From a virus: a stretch of DNA of 64,000 nucleotides. The translations under genes were made by a program, and so were the position numbers. The notes under the pieces are model-generated. The model was not told the DNA's origin. It saw only the letters and a program-made list of their open reading frames with translations, and ran no database searches. Of the stretch, positions 27,433-37,612 are shown piece by piece; position 1 is the stretch's first letter; each line of letters opens with the position of its first letter. The DNA is taken from the UHGV virus genome UHGV-1366603; one strand, written 5' to 3'.

Positions 27433-28720
27433 GTTTCTGGTGGCGGCGTGTAAAGCCGAAGCCTGGCGTCGCTTAGTGTGGCGTATTGCAATATTCAACA
27501 TGTCAGTGTTCCCGTCGAATCGTGAAGAACCTGAAGCGTTCGATATTACGTACATTGACGGAATGCCGCACTACTACGCGGTAGAAGATGGGAAAGGCGA
27601 TTGGCAGCCGATTACCGATGGCGTGAAGGATCAAGAACTGTTTATCCCCGAAGAACAGTTTGAGTTGAAAGTCGATGACTATCCAGGATTGGAAGGACCG
27701 ATTCCTACTACCGTAGGACGTTATATCTTTAACTGGGTTGTTATCTGGTATGCGTTCGGTACTCGCTTGCCGTATATGGGTATTTCACAAAACCCGTTAG
27801 AGTATCGTAAAGAGATGCACCGTCGCTGTTTGGATCACGAAACCGATGAACCCGAGAACGAAGGTGCTATTCGTCCGAGCATGATAGAACGCTTTGTAAG
27901 CGGCTTACACGAGCTTGCACCGTTAACCGCTGGTATTGCACCAACAGGTACACTTAGAAGCCTTACAGTGCATCCTGATGCGTATAAAATACGTGATGCG
28001 TTGCTGTTAAAGCATAAAGACGAGTTAGACGACCCCGCAGTGATTGTTAAGATAGAAAAAGCACTGGACGAACTGGATAAACAGTGGTTGTCGGGTGACC
28101 AATCTATCGAGTTCTATAACTCACCGAAATCACGAATGCGACGTCGTAAGTTGATGCTGATGTACGGGATTGAATCGTCTTTCCAGGAAGGGGGTAACTA
28201 TACGTTAATTCCTAACGCACTGGTGGAAGTCGATAAAGCGGGAATGGATAATCTGGTCGCGAAGTTTAACTCTATTCGTGAAGGTTCGTTCTCGCGTGGT
28301 GCGGAAACCGCGAAAGGCGGGGAACAGGTACGTATCATCCAGATGATTTTCCAGAACCACCGAATCGTTGCAGGTGATTGCGGGACGAAACTCACGCACC
28401 CTGTGGTTATCACAAAAGACAACGTAAAACGTTACGTTGGGATGAATGCGATGGTTAATGGGAAACTAACCTCGTTGACGGAAGAGTTTTTGAATAGCCA
28501 GCTAGGGAAAGTTGTGCGCCTACGCCGACCCATCTTATGTCAATACGGCCACATCGACTGCTGTACTGCGTGCTCCTCCGAAGCGAAAGGTGAAGAACCT
28601 CGCGCTATCGCGGCGGATATTTCGTCAGCGTTCTCTAACGTTATGTCCGTGGCAATGGCCGCAATGCACGGTAAAGAAACCGTCGTTCAAGAATACGATC
28701 CGTTGATCCATATCACCTAA
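27419..28720 (+). CDS. hypothetical protein
   Basis: gagga RBS; overlaps the upstream gene. Confidence 0.8.
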   Translation: MTRFEFLVAACKAEAWRRLVWRIAIFNMSVFPSNREEPEAFDITYIDGMPHYYAVEDGKGDWQPITDGVKDQELFIPEEQFELKVDDYPGLEGPIPTTVGRYIFNWVVIWYAFGTRLPYMGISQNPLEYRKEMHRRCLDHETDEPENEGAIRPSMIERFVSGLHELAPLTAGIAPTGTLRSLTVHPDAYKIRDALLLKHKDELDDPAVIVKIEKALDELDKQWLSGDQSIEFYNSPKSRMRRRKLMLMYGIESSFQEGGNYTLIPNALVEVDKAGMDNLVAKFNSIREGSFSRGAETAKGGEQVRIIQMIFQNHRIVAGDCGTKLTHPVVITKDNVKRYVGMNAMVNGKLTSLTEEFLNSQLGKVVRLRRPILCQYGHIDCCTACSSEAKGEEPRAIAADISSAFSNVMSVAMAAMHGKETVVQEYDPLIHIT

Positions 28721-28732
28721 GGATTATTAGTA

Positions 28733-29242
28733 ATGGCAACCAAAGACATTTCTACCCAAGATGCTCGTCCCGCTGCTGTTAAGCGCTCCGCAGAAGCGGC
28801 GGTAGCTTATAGCCAAGATGACTCTTATCAGGTAAACCTTATTGCTGCGCAGTTAGACGAAGCAGGGAATACCATCGGTACCAACAAACCGAAAAATACG
28901 TCGGAAGCAGACGACGCTTTCCGTAAACTGCATCAGTCTTTCCGTAGCCTGTTTGAACTGCGCGGTCAAGCGTTTATCGACGCTTTTAACGTTTTCGTTG
29001 CTGCTGCGATTAAACACAAGCGTAGCATCTTCTATTACCCGAATGTGAACTACCACCTGGATTGGTTCCACGATTCTGCTGAGCGTGAAACTTACGTGGT
29101 GTTTATCAACATGCTGGTACGTTTTGCTAACTCTCAAGATAAAGCAAACTTCGCACAGCGTGACAACGTTAACCGTCTGCTGCAACGTGTAACTGACCCA
29201 GAGCTGCAACAGCTGCTGGCGTACTGCTTCAACGCGGCTTAA
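28733..29242 (+). CDS. hypothetical protein
   Basis: taagga RBS; terminator downstream. Confidence 0.8.
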   Translation: MATKDISTQDARPAAVKRSAEAAVAYSQDDSYQVNLIAAQLDEAGNTIGTNKPKNTSEADDAFRKLHQSFRSLFELRGQAFIDAFNVFVAAAIKHKRSIFYYPNVNYHLDWFHDSAERETYVVFINMLVRFANSQDKANFAQRDNVNRLLQRVTDPELQQLLAYCFNAA

Positions 29243-29249
29243 TAAGCAT

Positions 29250-29290
29250 TACCCTACTCCCGAGAGGAGTAGGGTAGCTTTTATTTTTTC
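29250..29290. terminator. bidirectional intrinsic terminator between convergent genes (repeat copy 1)
   Basis: taccctactcc-cgaga-ggagtagggta hairpin followed by ttttatttttt; near-identical copy at 34616..34657. Confidence 0.8.
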
Positions 29291-31072
29291 TTAGTGAGTG
29301 GTTTTGATGTATTCAAACGGATCGGTAATAGCCTCACCTTGACGACGTAAGAACGCTTCTAACACAACGTTCTTATCCGGCAATAAGAAGAAGTCCGTTG
29401 CGATTTCCATTGCATTAACACGCCCTGCGGTAAGGTTAATCCCTACACGACGACGTACTTCTTCAGGAACACCATGAATACTTAGCAACTCGATTAACGT
29501 TGTTTCACGAGACTGGTTCATCATGTTCGTTGCAGAAGGATACGCCTGGGTTAAGTCCGCATCTGCGGTTTGCCCACGGAATGCAGTGTAGAAATCATCA
29601 AACTCTTTAATGATTCCTCGCAGACCGTTTTCCGCGTTCATACACGCAGTTAACGTAACAATCCAACCGTCCGTACCGATAACTTCTTCATCGAAATCAT
29701 TACGCATTGCACTACCTACACAACCGATAACCAATCCTTGTTCGTAAAGGTAGTAGGTGTAAGCAATACAAATACGTTTTGGTAACGAAGGGAAGATATC
29801 GTACATCGAATAACCTGCCAGTACGGAAATCGCCGAAGACAAGTCGTTCGTCTTTTTATCCAACAACACAATCATCAGGTTATCGAAGATGTTGTAAACG
29901 CAGTATTCGAGCGGGAACTCTTTCTGTGCTTTTAAGTGCCATTCCAGTTTCTCCTCGTAAGGCAGCTCTGGCAAGTCTAACTTGTTTAAGCCCAGTTCGG
30001 TTTCCAGAATAGCGTTAAGTTTGTAAGAAGGACGTTGACCTTCGTGAACCCTCAGTGAACGAAATAGACACATTGCATCCACACAGTAGAACGATGCGGT
30101 ACAATAAAGTACGTGCCACTGTTGTGAAGGTGCTTTGGTCAGTGATTTCGATTCCGTTTTCTTCGATGCTTCGTCTTTCTTGAAGTAAACACGACGGTAT
30201 TGTTTCGGTACATCGGGATGACAAAAGACGTCTTCCGGTGGAATCCCTGCGGCTTCTAGTGCTTCTAACATGCGTGAAATATCGAACTCGTGGTTCCATG
30301 CAACTAATAAGTCAGGTAGACGAGGGTGAATCTCTTCAAACATGCGTTGAATACAGCAGCCAGAGTTTAAGCATTCGTAAACGAAGATTTTATATCCAGC
30401 GATAACGTCCTTGATTTCGATCTTAGAATTGCCTTCTTTGTCTTTGCCACGAAAAGCAATTTTAGAAAGTAACTCCTGAGCACGTTTAATTAGTCGCGTT
30501 TCGAAGTTCTCACGACCACAACGCGCAACGTAGTCTTTCGTTGCGAAGAAATGAATTTCGTCATCCAAAACAAAACTCATAATCCAAGGGTCTCGAGATT
30601 TGTCTTCTTCTCGAGTTTCCACGTCGTATACACAAATACGGTTAGGTGAAACAGCGTTAGGCCATTTCTTTACATACCTTTCTTTAATCCAGCTGGTGAT
30701 AGGTAAGTCAGCCCAGTAAACGTACGGAGAGGTACAGACTTGACGTAATGAACGTTTTTTGTCAGGAAATCTTGCCCCTAAACCCATCTGGATAGTTTGC
30801 GACATCATCACATCCGTGGTCATGTATTCCTGACACTTGCTACGTTCTTCGTATTCTTTCTTTTCTTGATGGTTACGGTGTTGTGGTAAAGTAATGTAGA
30901 TAGGCCGTTTCAGATTTTCACGCATGACGATACGCGGGATGAATCTGCCATCTTTAGTATGGACGACCTCCTTTATGAGCACGAAGTCGTTTTCTTTCTG
31001 CTGATCGGTTGCGTACGAAACAAATTTGCACTCTTTGGCAATAACGTCTTCCGGTGCGTAATAGTTATTCAT
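29291..31072 (-). CDS. DEDDy-type 3'-5' exonuclease domain protein (possible proofreading or exonuclease subunit)
   Basis: Exo I VYDVETRE, Exo II WNHEFDISRM, Exo III YNIFD, in order. Track ORF 29291..31207; start moved to the in-frame ATG at 31072 (MNNYYAPE...). Confidence 0.6.
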   Translation of the reverse strand: MNNYYAPEDVIAKECKFVSYATDQQKENDFVLIKEVVHTKDGRFIPRIVMRENLKRPIYITLPQHRNHQEKKEYEERSKCQEYMTTDVMMSQTIQMGLGARFPDKKRSLRQVCTSPYVYWADLPITSWIKERYVKKWPNAVSPNRICVYDVETREEDKSRDPWIMSFVLDDEIHFFATKDYVARCGRENFETRLIKRAQELLSKIAFRGKDKEGNSKIEIKDVIAGYKIFVYECLNSGCCIQRMFEEIHPRLPDLLVAWNHEFDISRMLEALEAAGIPPEDVFCHPDVPKQYRRVYFKKDEASKKTESKSLTKAPSQQWHVLYCTASFYCVDAMCLFRSLRVHEGQRPSYKLNAILETELGLNKLDLPELPYEEKLEWHLKAQKEFPLEYCVYNIFDNLMIVLLDKKTNDLSSAISVLAGYSMYDIFPSLPKRICIAYTYYLYEQGLVIGCVGSAMRNDFDEEVIGTDGWIVTLTACMNAENGLRGIIKEFDDFYTAFRGQTADADLTQAYPSATNMMNQSRETTLIELLSIHGVPEEVRRRVGINLTAGRVNAMEIATDFFLLPDKNVVLEAFLRRQGEAITDPFEYIKTTH

Positions 31073-31143
31073 GTTTTCACTCTCAAATCTAGCGGCTGCT
31101 ATACTGATTTGTGGGTAATGTAATTTCTCAAAAGGAAACACAA

Positions 31144-32478
31144 ATGGGATACTGGCAAAATCACATTGCATCAGTTGCGGATGCAAAGGTTGTAGCCGCA
31201 GAATCAATTAAATTCCAAGATAAAAAGAAACTCGCAGAACTGGCAGACATTATTGCTAAATTTCGTGCAGCCGGAGACTTCAGTCCGGCCGGTTACGAGA
31301 GTTCTGGTGTTTCTGATTGGGTATTTAAAACCAACGGCATTAGCATTAACTTTAAGAACGGTAGCGAACTCGGATTATTCGACGTTGCCTTCGCAGGTGT
31401 AGAACCACCTAAGCTGGACGCGAACAGTCCGGTAATTGCGTCAATGGCGCGTGCACTGTACGCAGGTAATAAAGACCTGGACATGTACAGTAAGTTTATT
31501 AAAGAAAACGAACTGAACAGCAGCATTGACGATTCCAGTGCGAAAATCAGCGGCGACTTGAGCAAAGTCAGTTCCCCGCTTTATCTGACCCCGGTGCTGT
31601 TAGAGAAACTGGAGCTCACCGATTTGGAGGTTGCTGCGGTAATCCTTCACGAAGTCGGGCACGTTTATTATTACTTCCGTACGCTGATGCGTACCGTGGT
31701 AACGGATTTATTGGCAGACGCTGCGGCTAACCGCATCATGGAAAGCGAAGACCCAGCTGTTCGTTTACGTGTGGTTAAAGACGTTGAACGAATGCTGAAC
31801 ACGAAAGTGAATCAGCCTGAGACCATCTGCACTGAGTACAAGAAAGAAAACGTCTACATGCACCTGGTAACAGATTTGCTGTTAGACCGTCCGTTCATTA
31901 CCGGTAGTCAAGGCTTTGCAAACCGTACCTGGGAACGTGCTGCTGACGACTTCGCTGCCCGCTTCGGTGCGGCCCCGTACTTAGCTTCCGCGCTGTACAA
32001 AATGGAAACCAGCCCGTTCTATCTGCTGCGTAACTCGTCGTATATGAACATGGGTGTCCACCTGACGATTGAGTTGTTCCGTGTGACTGCGCTGATTGCC
32101 CAAGCTGCCATTCCGATTCTTCCGGTTATCTCTGTTACGTTCGGCATGATTCTGAACGACCCAGATAACACCATCTACGATCCGCCGCAGGAACGTTTTG
32201 AAGCGATGCGCCGTACGCTGGTAGAAGAACTGAATACCATCAAAGACAAAAACACGAAAGCGGCTAACGAGCAACGTAAACGTATTCTGGATGGTATCGC
32301 GGTAATTGACCGTATTCTCCTTACGGTTAAAGACAAAGATAACCTGTATCAGTTTATCTGGAAGACGCTGACACCGAAAGGGCGTCGTGACCGTGCTGCG
32401 GTGGATTATCAGCGCGCTATCGGGAAGTATATGTCGAATGACCTCCGTATCGCTTCTGCCATGTTTAACGTCGATTAA
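31144..32478 (+). CDS. putative zinc metallopeptidase-like protein (HExxH motif)
   Basis: AAVILHEVGHVYYY; track ORF starts at GTG 31111, ATG 31144 with aaaagga RBS preferred; divergent from the exonuclease gene. Confidence 0.55.
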   Translation: MGYWQNHIASVADAKVVAAESIKFQDKKKLAELADIIAKFRAAGDFSPAGYESSGVSDWVFKTNGISINFKNGSELGLFDVAFAGVEPPKLDANSPVIASMARALYAGNKDLDMYSKFIKENELNSSIDDSSAKISGDLSKVSSPLYLTPVLLEKLELTDLEVAAVILHEVGHVYYYFRTLMRTVVTDLLADAAANRIMESEDPAVRLRVVKDVERMLNTKVNQPETICTEYKKENVYMHLVTDLLLDRPFITGSQGFANRTWERAADDFAARFGAAPYLASALYKMETSPFYLLRNSSYMNMGVHLTIELFRVTALIAQAAIPILPVISVTFGMILNDPDNTIYDPPQERFEAMRRTLVEELNTIKDKNTKAANEQRKRILDGIAVIDRILLTVKDKDNLYQFIWKTLTPKGRRDRAAVDYQRAIGKYMSNDLRIASAMFNVD

Positions 32479-32492
32479 GTAAAGGTAAAACC

Positions 32493-32936
32493 ATGACGCA
32501 TAAAGTTTCTCTGAATTCGTTAGTTCTGGATTTTAAACGTGCTAACGAAGGTAAAGGTGTTCAGGCGCAGCGTGCCCTGACTGGCCTGGTTGCATTCTCG
32601 CTGGCGTATAATGCTGATATGCCGGACAACGGACCGTATGGTTCTAACGAAGTTTCACAAATCAAACTTCGACCACTGATGAAAAACGTGGTATCCGACG
32701 TTAACGAGCTTTACTGCGTTGACTTAGGCACTATTGAAGATCTGACCGTTGCGTTGTTCTGTAACCGTTACGACAGCGCCTGGGGTGGACGTCGTGCAAT
32801 TGAAAACTTCTCCGTACGTGAGATTTTCAACGAAGCCTTAGGTGATGACGTTTGGAACACCGTCAACCTGTGGCTGGAACGTTTTGTCGACGCAGTGAAA
32901 TTCTACATGGATGAAACGCGAGGCAAATTATCATGA
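32493..32936 (+). CDS. hypothetical protein
   Basis: taaaggtaaaacc RBS before ATG. Confidence 0.8.
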   Translation: MTHKVSLNSLVLDFKRANEGKGVQAQRALTGLVAFSLAYNADMPDNGPYGSNEVSQIKLRPLMKNVVSDVNELYCVDLGTIEDLTVALFCNRYDSAWGGRRAIENFSVREIFNEALGDDVWNTVNLWLERFVDAVKFYMDETRGKLS

Positions 32937-34606
32937 GCATGGAAATGACAGCAAACATTGCACAGCCGCAATGGAAACTCGACGAACTTCCAACCATTAT
33001 CGAACAGCGAATGGAAGAACGTATCGATTCTGTCAGCCAGCTCAACCTCTACATGCAGCGTAACGAAGCCGATTTGATTTACGGTTCACGTATTATCGCG
33101 CAGATTGAAGCGATTCTTCGTGAAGTTCGTAAAGCGGGTCTAAACCGTGACGTTGCCGTAGCGACGGAATCTTTGCGTCCGGGTACCATTCCGAAAGCGG
33201 TGCAGAGCATCCTGACGTCGAACTACAGCCGTACTCATCAGAAAGAAACCGTCATCGCGCTAGAGTCTTACGCGAACTTCGGTAAGATCAGTCTTATCGT
33301 GATGGTAATGATGGGGATTATGAAAATCCTGAACTGGATTATCAGTAACGCTGTACCGTTTGCAGGGGCTGCTGACGTGGATGGGGACGAGTATCGTGAC
33401 AAACTCTTAGAGAAGATCGATGCGGTTCCTTTCATTGAACGTCTGAAAATCACCGCGCTGAAAGAAGCGTATATGGAGGCGTCAAAAGGACTGAAAGACG
33501 GTGAATTGAATAACCTGGAACTGGCTATTCTGATGGCGGATGAAGTCCTGACGAACATGAACGCAGAAGACCTGTTGAACAAGCTCAGTGCGGCACTGGG
33601 CCGTTCTCCGTTCGTAGGGATGTTTAAAGACTACACGAAACGTCGTCAGAACGAACAGCAGGTTATCCACGATATCCTCGATACGTTGCTGCGTACTAAT
33701 ATCGGTTGTGCGGTATTCAGTCAGCAGGTTTGTGACGAAGTGTACAAAGGTTTACCGGCGGACGTTCGTAAAGCAGGTGTCAACATTCCTAACGAAGCGT
33801 TCTACCGTCAGATGGGAAGAAACCTGGAGAGCTTCTCCGCAGGGTTAAAACGTCTAGAACAGTCGTTAAAAGACCTCAAGATGTATTACTTGTCAGGTGA
33901 CCGCACACTGGGCACAAATCAAGAAAACCGCATTAGTGCAACGGGCATCGTTCAAGCACTGGCGTTGCTTAACGGTGAAATCGAAATGGCGTTAACCGAT
34001 TTTGCATCGTGCCGTGGTGCACCGCTACCAACGATGATGGTGAAATCCGATCGTGGCTTAATCGGCTATTCGTCTCGCGAGTTCGGTAATGGTTTCATCA
34101 TCGCTTCTGCGGGGGTTAACTCGTATTTCGGTTCTGCGGCTAACATGGAAATTATGCGCCAGGAGCTGAGCTTTACCAGCGGTGATTCTCGTGAACTGTT
34201 AGCGTGTCTGATAACGTTAGTCCGTAGCGGGATTACTAAAGGACCAGCCGATACGTCTCTCGACCGCTTCAAAGTGGTGGAGAAACAGATCGAGAAAGTG
34301 GTTAGCCAGTTGAAAGACATGTCTCGCCAATCGCGTTCTGGTATGAACAGCAAAGCTTGGCAGATGATGGAACAAGCGTTCCGTGACGAAGCACAACGTT
34401 CAGAACTGTACGAACTGAACTTTGGTCGTGAACTGACGACGATGACCGTGATGGACCCAGACCGAAACGTGTGGGATTCTGTTGCGTTTACGACGGAACT
34501 GATTAAGTCCTGGACAACTGCCGCCGGTGCGCTGGCGACGATTCTGAAACGGGCTAAGAACAACCCGCTGGTAAAAGGTGGGAAGTTTAATAAACTCGTC
34601 GACTAA
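32933..34606 (+). CDS. hypothetical protein (one predicted transmembrane segment)
   Basis: ATGA overlap with the upstream gene; hydrophobic stretch ISLIVMVMMGIMKILNWII. Confidence 0.8.
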   Translation: MSMEMTANIAQPQWKLDELPTIIEQRMEERIDSVSQLNLYMQRNEADLIYGSRIIAQIEAILREVRKAGLNRDVAVATESLRPGTIPKAVQSILTSNYSRTHQKETVIALESYANFGKISLIVMVMMGIMKILNWIISNAVPFAGAADVDGDEYRDKLLEKIDAVPFIERLKITALKEAYMEASKGLKDGELNNLELAILMADEVLTNMNAEDLLNKLSAALGRSPFVGMFKDYTKRRQNEQQVIHDILDTLLRTNIGCAVFSQQVCDEVYKGLPADVRKAGVNIPNEAFYRQMGRNLESFSAGLKRLEQSLKDLKMYYLSGDRTLGTNQENRISATGIVQALALLNGEIEMALTDFASCRGAPLPTMMVKSDRGLIGYSSREFGNGFIIASAGVNSYFGSAANMEIMRQELSFTSGDSRELLACLITLVRSGITKGPADTSLDRFKVVEKQIEKVVSQLKDMSRQSRSGMNSKAWQMMEQAFRDEAQRSELYELNFGRELTTMTVMDPDRNVWDSVAFTTELIKSWTTAAGALATILKRAKNNPLVKGGKFNKLVD

Positions 34607-34657
34607 AAAAAGAAGTACCCTACTCCTTTTCGGGAGTAGGGTAGCTTTTTATTTTTC
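34604..34657. terminator. bidirectional intrinsic terminator between convergent genes (repeat copy 2)
   Basis: A7 tract, then taccctactcc-ttttcg-ggagtagggta hairpin, then tttttatttttc. Confidence 0.8.
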
Positions 34658-37612
34658 TTAGTCTGCGGTGGTGTCGTGACGGTTGTAAACGATAACAACA
34701 TCGTCTTTCAGACCGATGTCACCGCTGGCTTCAATATCCAGTTTCTTACCAATCGTTGCGCGTGCAGCTTCGGATACCACAGTAAACAGACGCATGTCTT
34801 TGTCTGGCCCCATCGCATCCAACTCAACGCCGATAATCGACGTGTCAAGCGTTTCGCTGAGCTTATTACCAATCTCTGTTGCCGAGATAGTAAGATGTGA
34901 ACCCAAGTAGTCGTTGATAACTTGAGACGTTTTCTTACGAATCTGCGTTAACAGATCGCTGTTGCTACGGTTAGCCGCTGTGAGGTAATAACGAACGGTA
35001 AACTGGTTTTCAGCCGGTATCGGTGTAACCACCCCGTCTTCGGTACGCGCATCGATATAACCCATCGTGGTGATAGGAACGAAATACCCTTCCGTACGCT
35101 CTAACAACATCGGTTTTAACGTCGGTAGAACCACGGTCACGTAGTTAACGATATTCTCAATAACCGCGTTCAGATAGGATTTCGCAGACGCTGTGGTAGC
35201 GAATTTATAACGTGCGTCGAAGACTGCCATTTCACTACGGAACTTAATAGAACGTGATTTCGCAATCTTAGGATTACCGTACTCGTCTTTTACTAAGTCC
35301 CCTTCGCGGTGCAGGATAATCTGCTGGCCGGTTTCGTCAAGCTTAGGATCGCCTTTACGGTGTTCATAAGTGATTTGTAGCGGTGGTGTACGGCCTGCGT
35401 CGTACGTGTAAACCGGAACCCCATTCTCATCACGTTTCACCACGTCAATTTCCCACGTTGCTAATACGTCTTTGTCGTAATACTCGTAGTTGATGCTGTC
35501 AGTAACAGCACGAGCTTTACGCCAATAGTACGTCATCGCTTTACCCAGTTCGATTTTGAATATCTCGTGGGTAATACCGATAGCGTCACGAGAAGGCGCT
35601 GTGATTAACGTATCCATCTCTACACGTTCGTAGTTCCCAGGGTAATAACCTGTGCAACCGTAGAACAGGTTAAAATCTGTCAACAGAGGAACGGGTGTTT
35701 CCGTTGGGTTACTTCCGTTAATGCGCGTGTTGGTGAGTACCAGTTCGTCGTTACGGTCAACGTCCAGGTTAGTTTCCAGCAAGAACTCCCAAACACGTTC
35801 GCTGCCCTGCTTACCGACTAACGTACCGTTAATGTACGCCAAGGTGTTATCGGAATTACGAGGGCGGAAAGACAGCTGTGCAAAGACTTGGTCATCAGTC
35901 AGTGCCTGGTAAGGTGCTTCTGACTTCGTAACCGTACGCAACACATAACCTGCTTCCGTTTTCTCGATAGTGTAGTCAGCGGTAACGACGCTGAGCTCCG
36001 TCGAGACGTTGGTCGCAATAAAGCGTTTGGAGTTTAATAGCGGTTTATCCAACTGGTAAATACGCACGTCAATCGCTTTGTTGTTAATATCAACAACGTA
36101 ATGGAACGGTGTAAACAAATAACGGTTCGTGTTTGCTGCGTTAATCAGGTCTTCCTTACGCATGGTCTTCGCTAACACCGTCATTTCGGCATCTACAGTC
36201 AGACTGGTATCCGTAAAGCGATACAGCGTATCAGGAAGAATGGTCAGGCGATTACCGTTGACTTTCACTGTCGGAAGATTAACCAGCTCGTTCCAGGAGA
36301 AATAGAACGGGGCAGTAATCGTACCAATCGGTGAACTGACGTTAGCAATTGTCGATTCCAACATCGGTGCTGTCATGAAGTACGTACGACTGGTCACGTA
36401 GTCGTTAGGTTTAGACAACGTGAGACCGTAATCGGAAACCGTAGCTTCAAGCTGCTTTTCTGTCACAGGCAGTTTACGAGCACCTACGGCGTTGTTAACA
36501 ACGCGAGTACGTAAATCGCTGAACGAAAGCTGACTACGACCACCCGACAGCATCTTCCCAGCTTTTGCTGCAAGCTGTTTAATAGAGAACGCTTTAATCG
36601 GGTTGATATAGTTCGCGTCGTACTCTTCGTTTAAATCGCGTAGACTGAAACTATACTCATCAGACGGGTATGCAGAGATGTCCAGCTCCAACGGCCCTAA
36701 GGTCGTATAGACGTCCATCCTGATAGTCCCACTGACGAGATTCTTCGCCATGTAAATAGATGGAATCGTACAACGGATGTTACCGTTACCCACCTGAATC
36801 AATGCTGTTGGTGTGTTCGGGTCGTAAACATCGCGACTGTGGGTGTGCTGAATCTCTACCCACTTGTTGCTACCCGTTGCCTTCATCCAAACACGAACGT
36901 AGAAGAATTTGTTAGTGTAAGCACGGGTCATGACGAAAGTATTGTTACCTTCGACGGTGTTACTTTCTTCTTTCACCGCATACTGCATAACCGGGATATG
37001 AATAGCCAGCAGCTGTGACGACGTTGTGTTAGTGGACGTTAGTTCCCATTCCAGTGCGTTCGTGGAAACTGGTGAAATCGGTGATTGTGTTTCAGTAATC
37101 CACAGTACCTGGAAAGCCGGGTTCTCGTTCGTTCCGTATGGAAGTACACGGATTTCAATTGGATATTGAATAGCAAACGTGTAACCAGAAACCGTAAAGA
37201 CCGTGTCACGTGGGATAACGACTTTACGAACCCCCGCGATTTGCAACGGATACGCTTTCGAGATTAAGCTGTCAACGTCAATTAACAGTAACAGTTCTGT
37301 AGTAGCAGGCTGCGCAAAGACGTCAACGTAATCCACGTCTGACATGTGTCGGAACAGGTCATCGTACGTCTGTGCCATTGACGGGAACGTTTTAGGAATA
37401 GATTCCTGGAGCCCCATCAACGTCGCGTGCCCCATCATTGTTCCCATTTCTGCCAAATAAACGACAGGGTCGGTAGGGTCACGGAGATAAATCTGACCAT
37501 CGGCATCTTCAACATCTTGAAGCTGGTTTAGCAGCATTGTCTGCATCGCCGCAGGGTTGTGTGCGAACAGCAGAAGTTTCTTTGCCAAAGTATCGTAAGT
37601 TGTTGAACTCAT
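34658..37612 (-). CDS. hypothetical large protein, 984 aa (possibly virion structural)
   Basis: Long minus-strand ORF; its ATG overlaps the stop of the upstream minus-strand gene. Confidence 0.8.
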   Translation of the reverse strand: MSSTTYDTLAKKLLLFAHNPAAMQTMLLNQLQDVEDADGQIYLRDPTDPVVYLAEMGTMMGHATLMGLQESIPKTFPSMAQTYDDLFRHMSDVDYVDVFAQPATTELLLLIDVDSLISKAYPLQIAGVRKVVIPRDTVFTVSGYTFAIQYPIEIRVLPYGTNENPAFQVLWITETQSPISPVSTNALEWELTSTNTTSSQLLAIHIPVMQYAVKEESNTVEGNNTFVMTRAYTNKFFYVRVWMKATGSNKWVEIQHTHSRDVYDPNTPTALIQVGNGNIRCTIPSIYMAKNLVSGTIRMDVYTTLGPLELDISAYPSDEYSFSLRDLNEEYDANYINPIKAFSIKQLAAKAGKMLSGGRSQLSFSDLRTRVVNNAVGARKLPVTEKQLEATVSDYGLTLSKPNDYVTSRTYFMTAPMLESTIANVSSPIGTITAPFYFSWNELVNLPTVKVNGNRLTILPDTLYRFTDTSLTVDAEMTVLAKTMRKEDLINAANTNRYLFTPFHYVVDINNKAIDVRIYQLDKPLLNSKRFIATNVSTELSVVTADYTIEKTEAGYVLRTVTKSEAPYQALTDDQVFAQLSFRPRNSDNTLAYINGTLVGKQGSERVWEFLLETNLDVDRNDELVLTNTRINGSNPTETPVPLLTDFNLFYGCTGYYPGNYERVEMDTLITAPSRDAIGITHEIFKIELGKAMTYYWRKARAVTDSINYEYYDKDVLATWEIDVVKRDENGVPVYTYDAGRTPPLQITYEHRKGDPKLDETGQQIILHREGDLVKDEYGNPKIAKSRSIKFRSEMAVFDARYKFATTASAKSYLNAVIENIVNYVTVVLPTLKPMLLERTEGYFVPITTMGYIDARTEDGVVTPIPAENQFTVRYYLTAANRSNSDLLTQIRKKTSQVINDYLGSHLTISATEIGNKLSETLDTSIIGVELDAMGPDKDMRLFTVVSEAARATIGKKLDIEASGDIGLKDDVVIVYNRHDTTAD

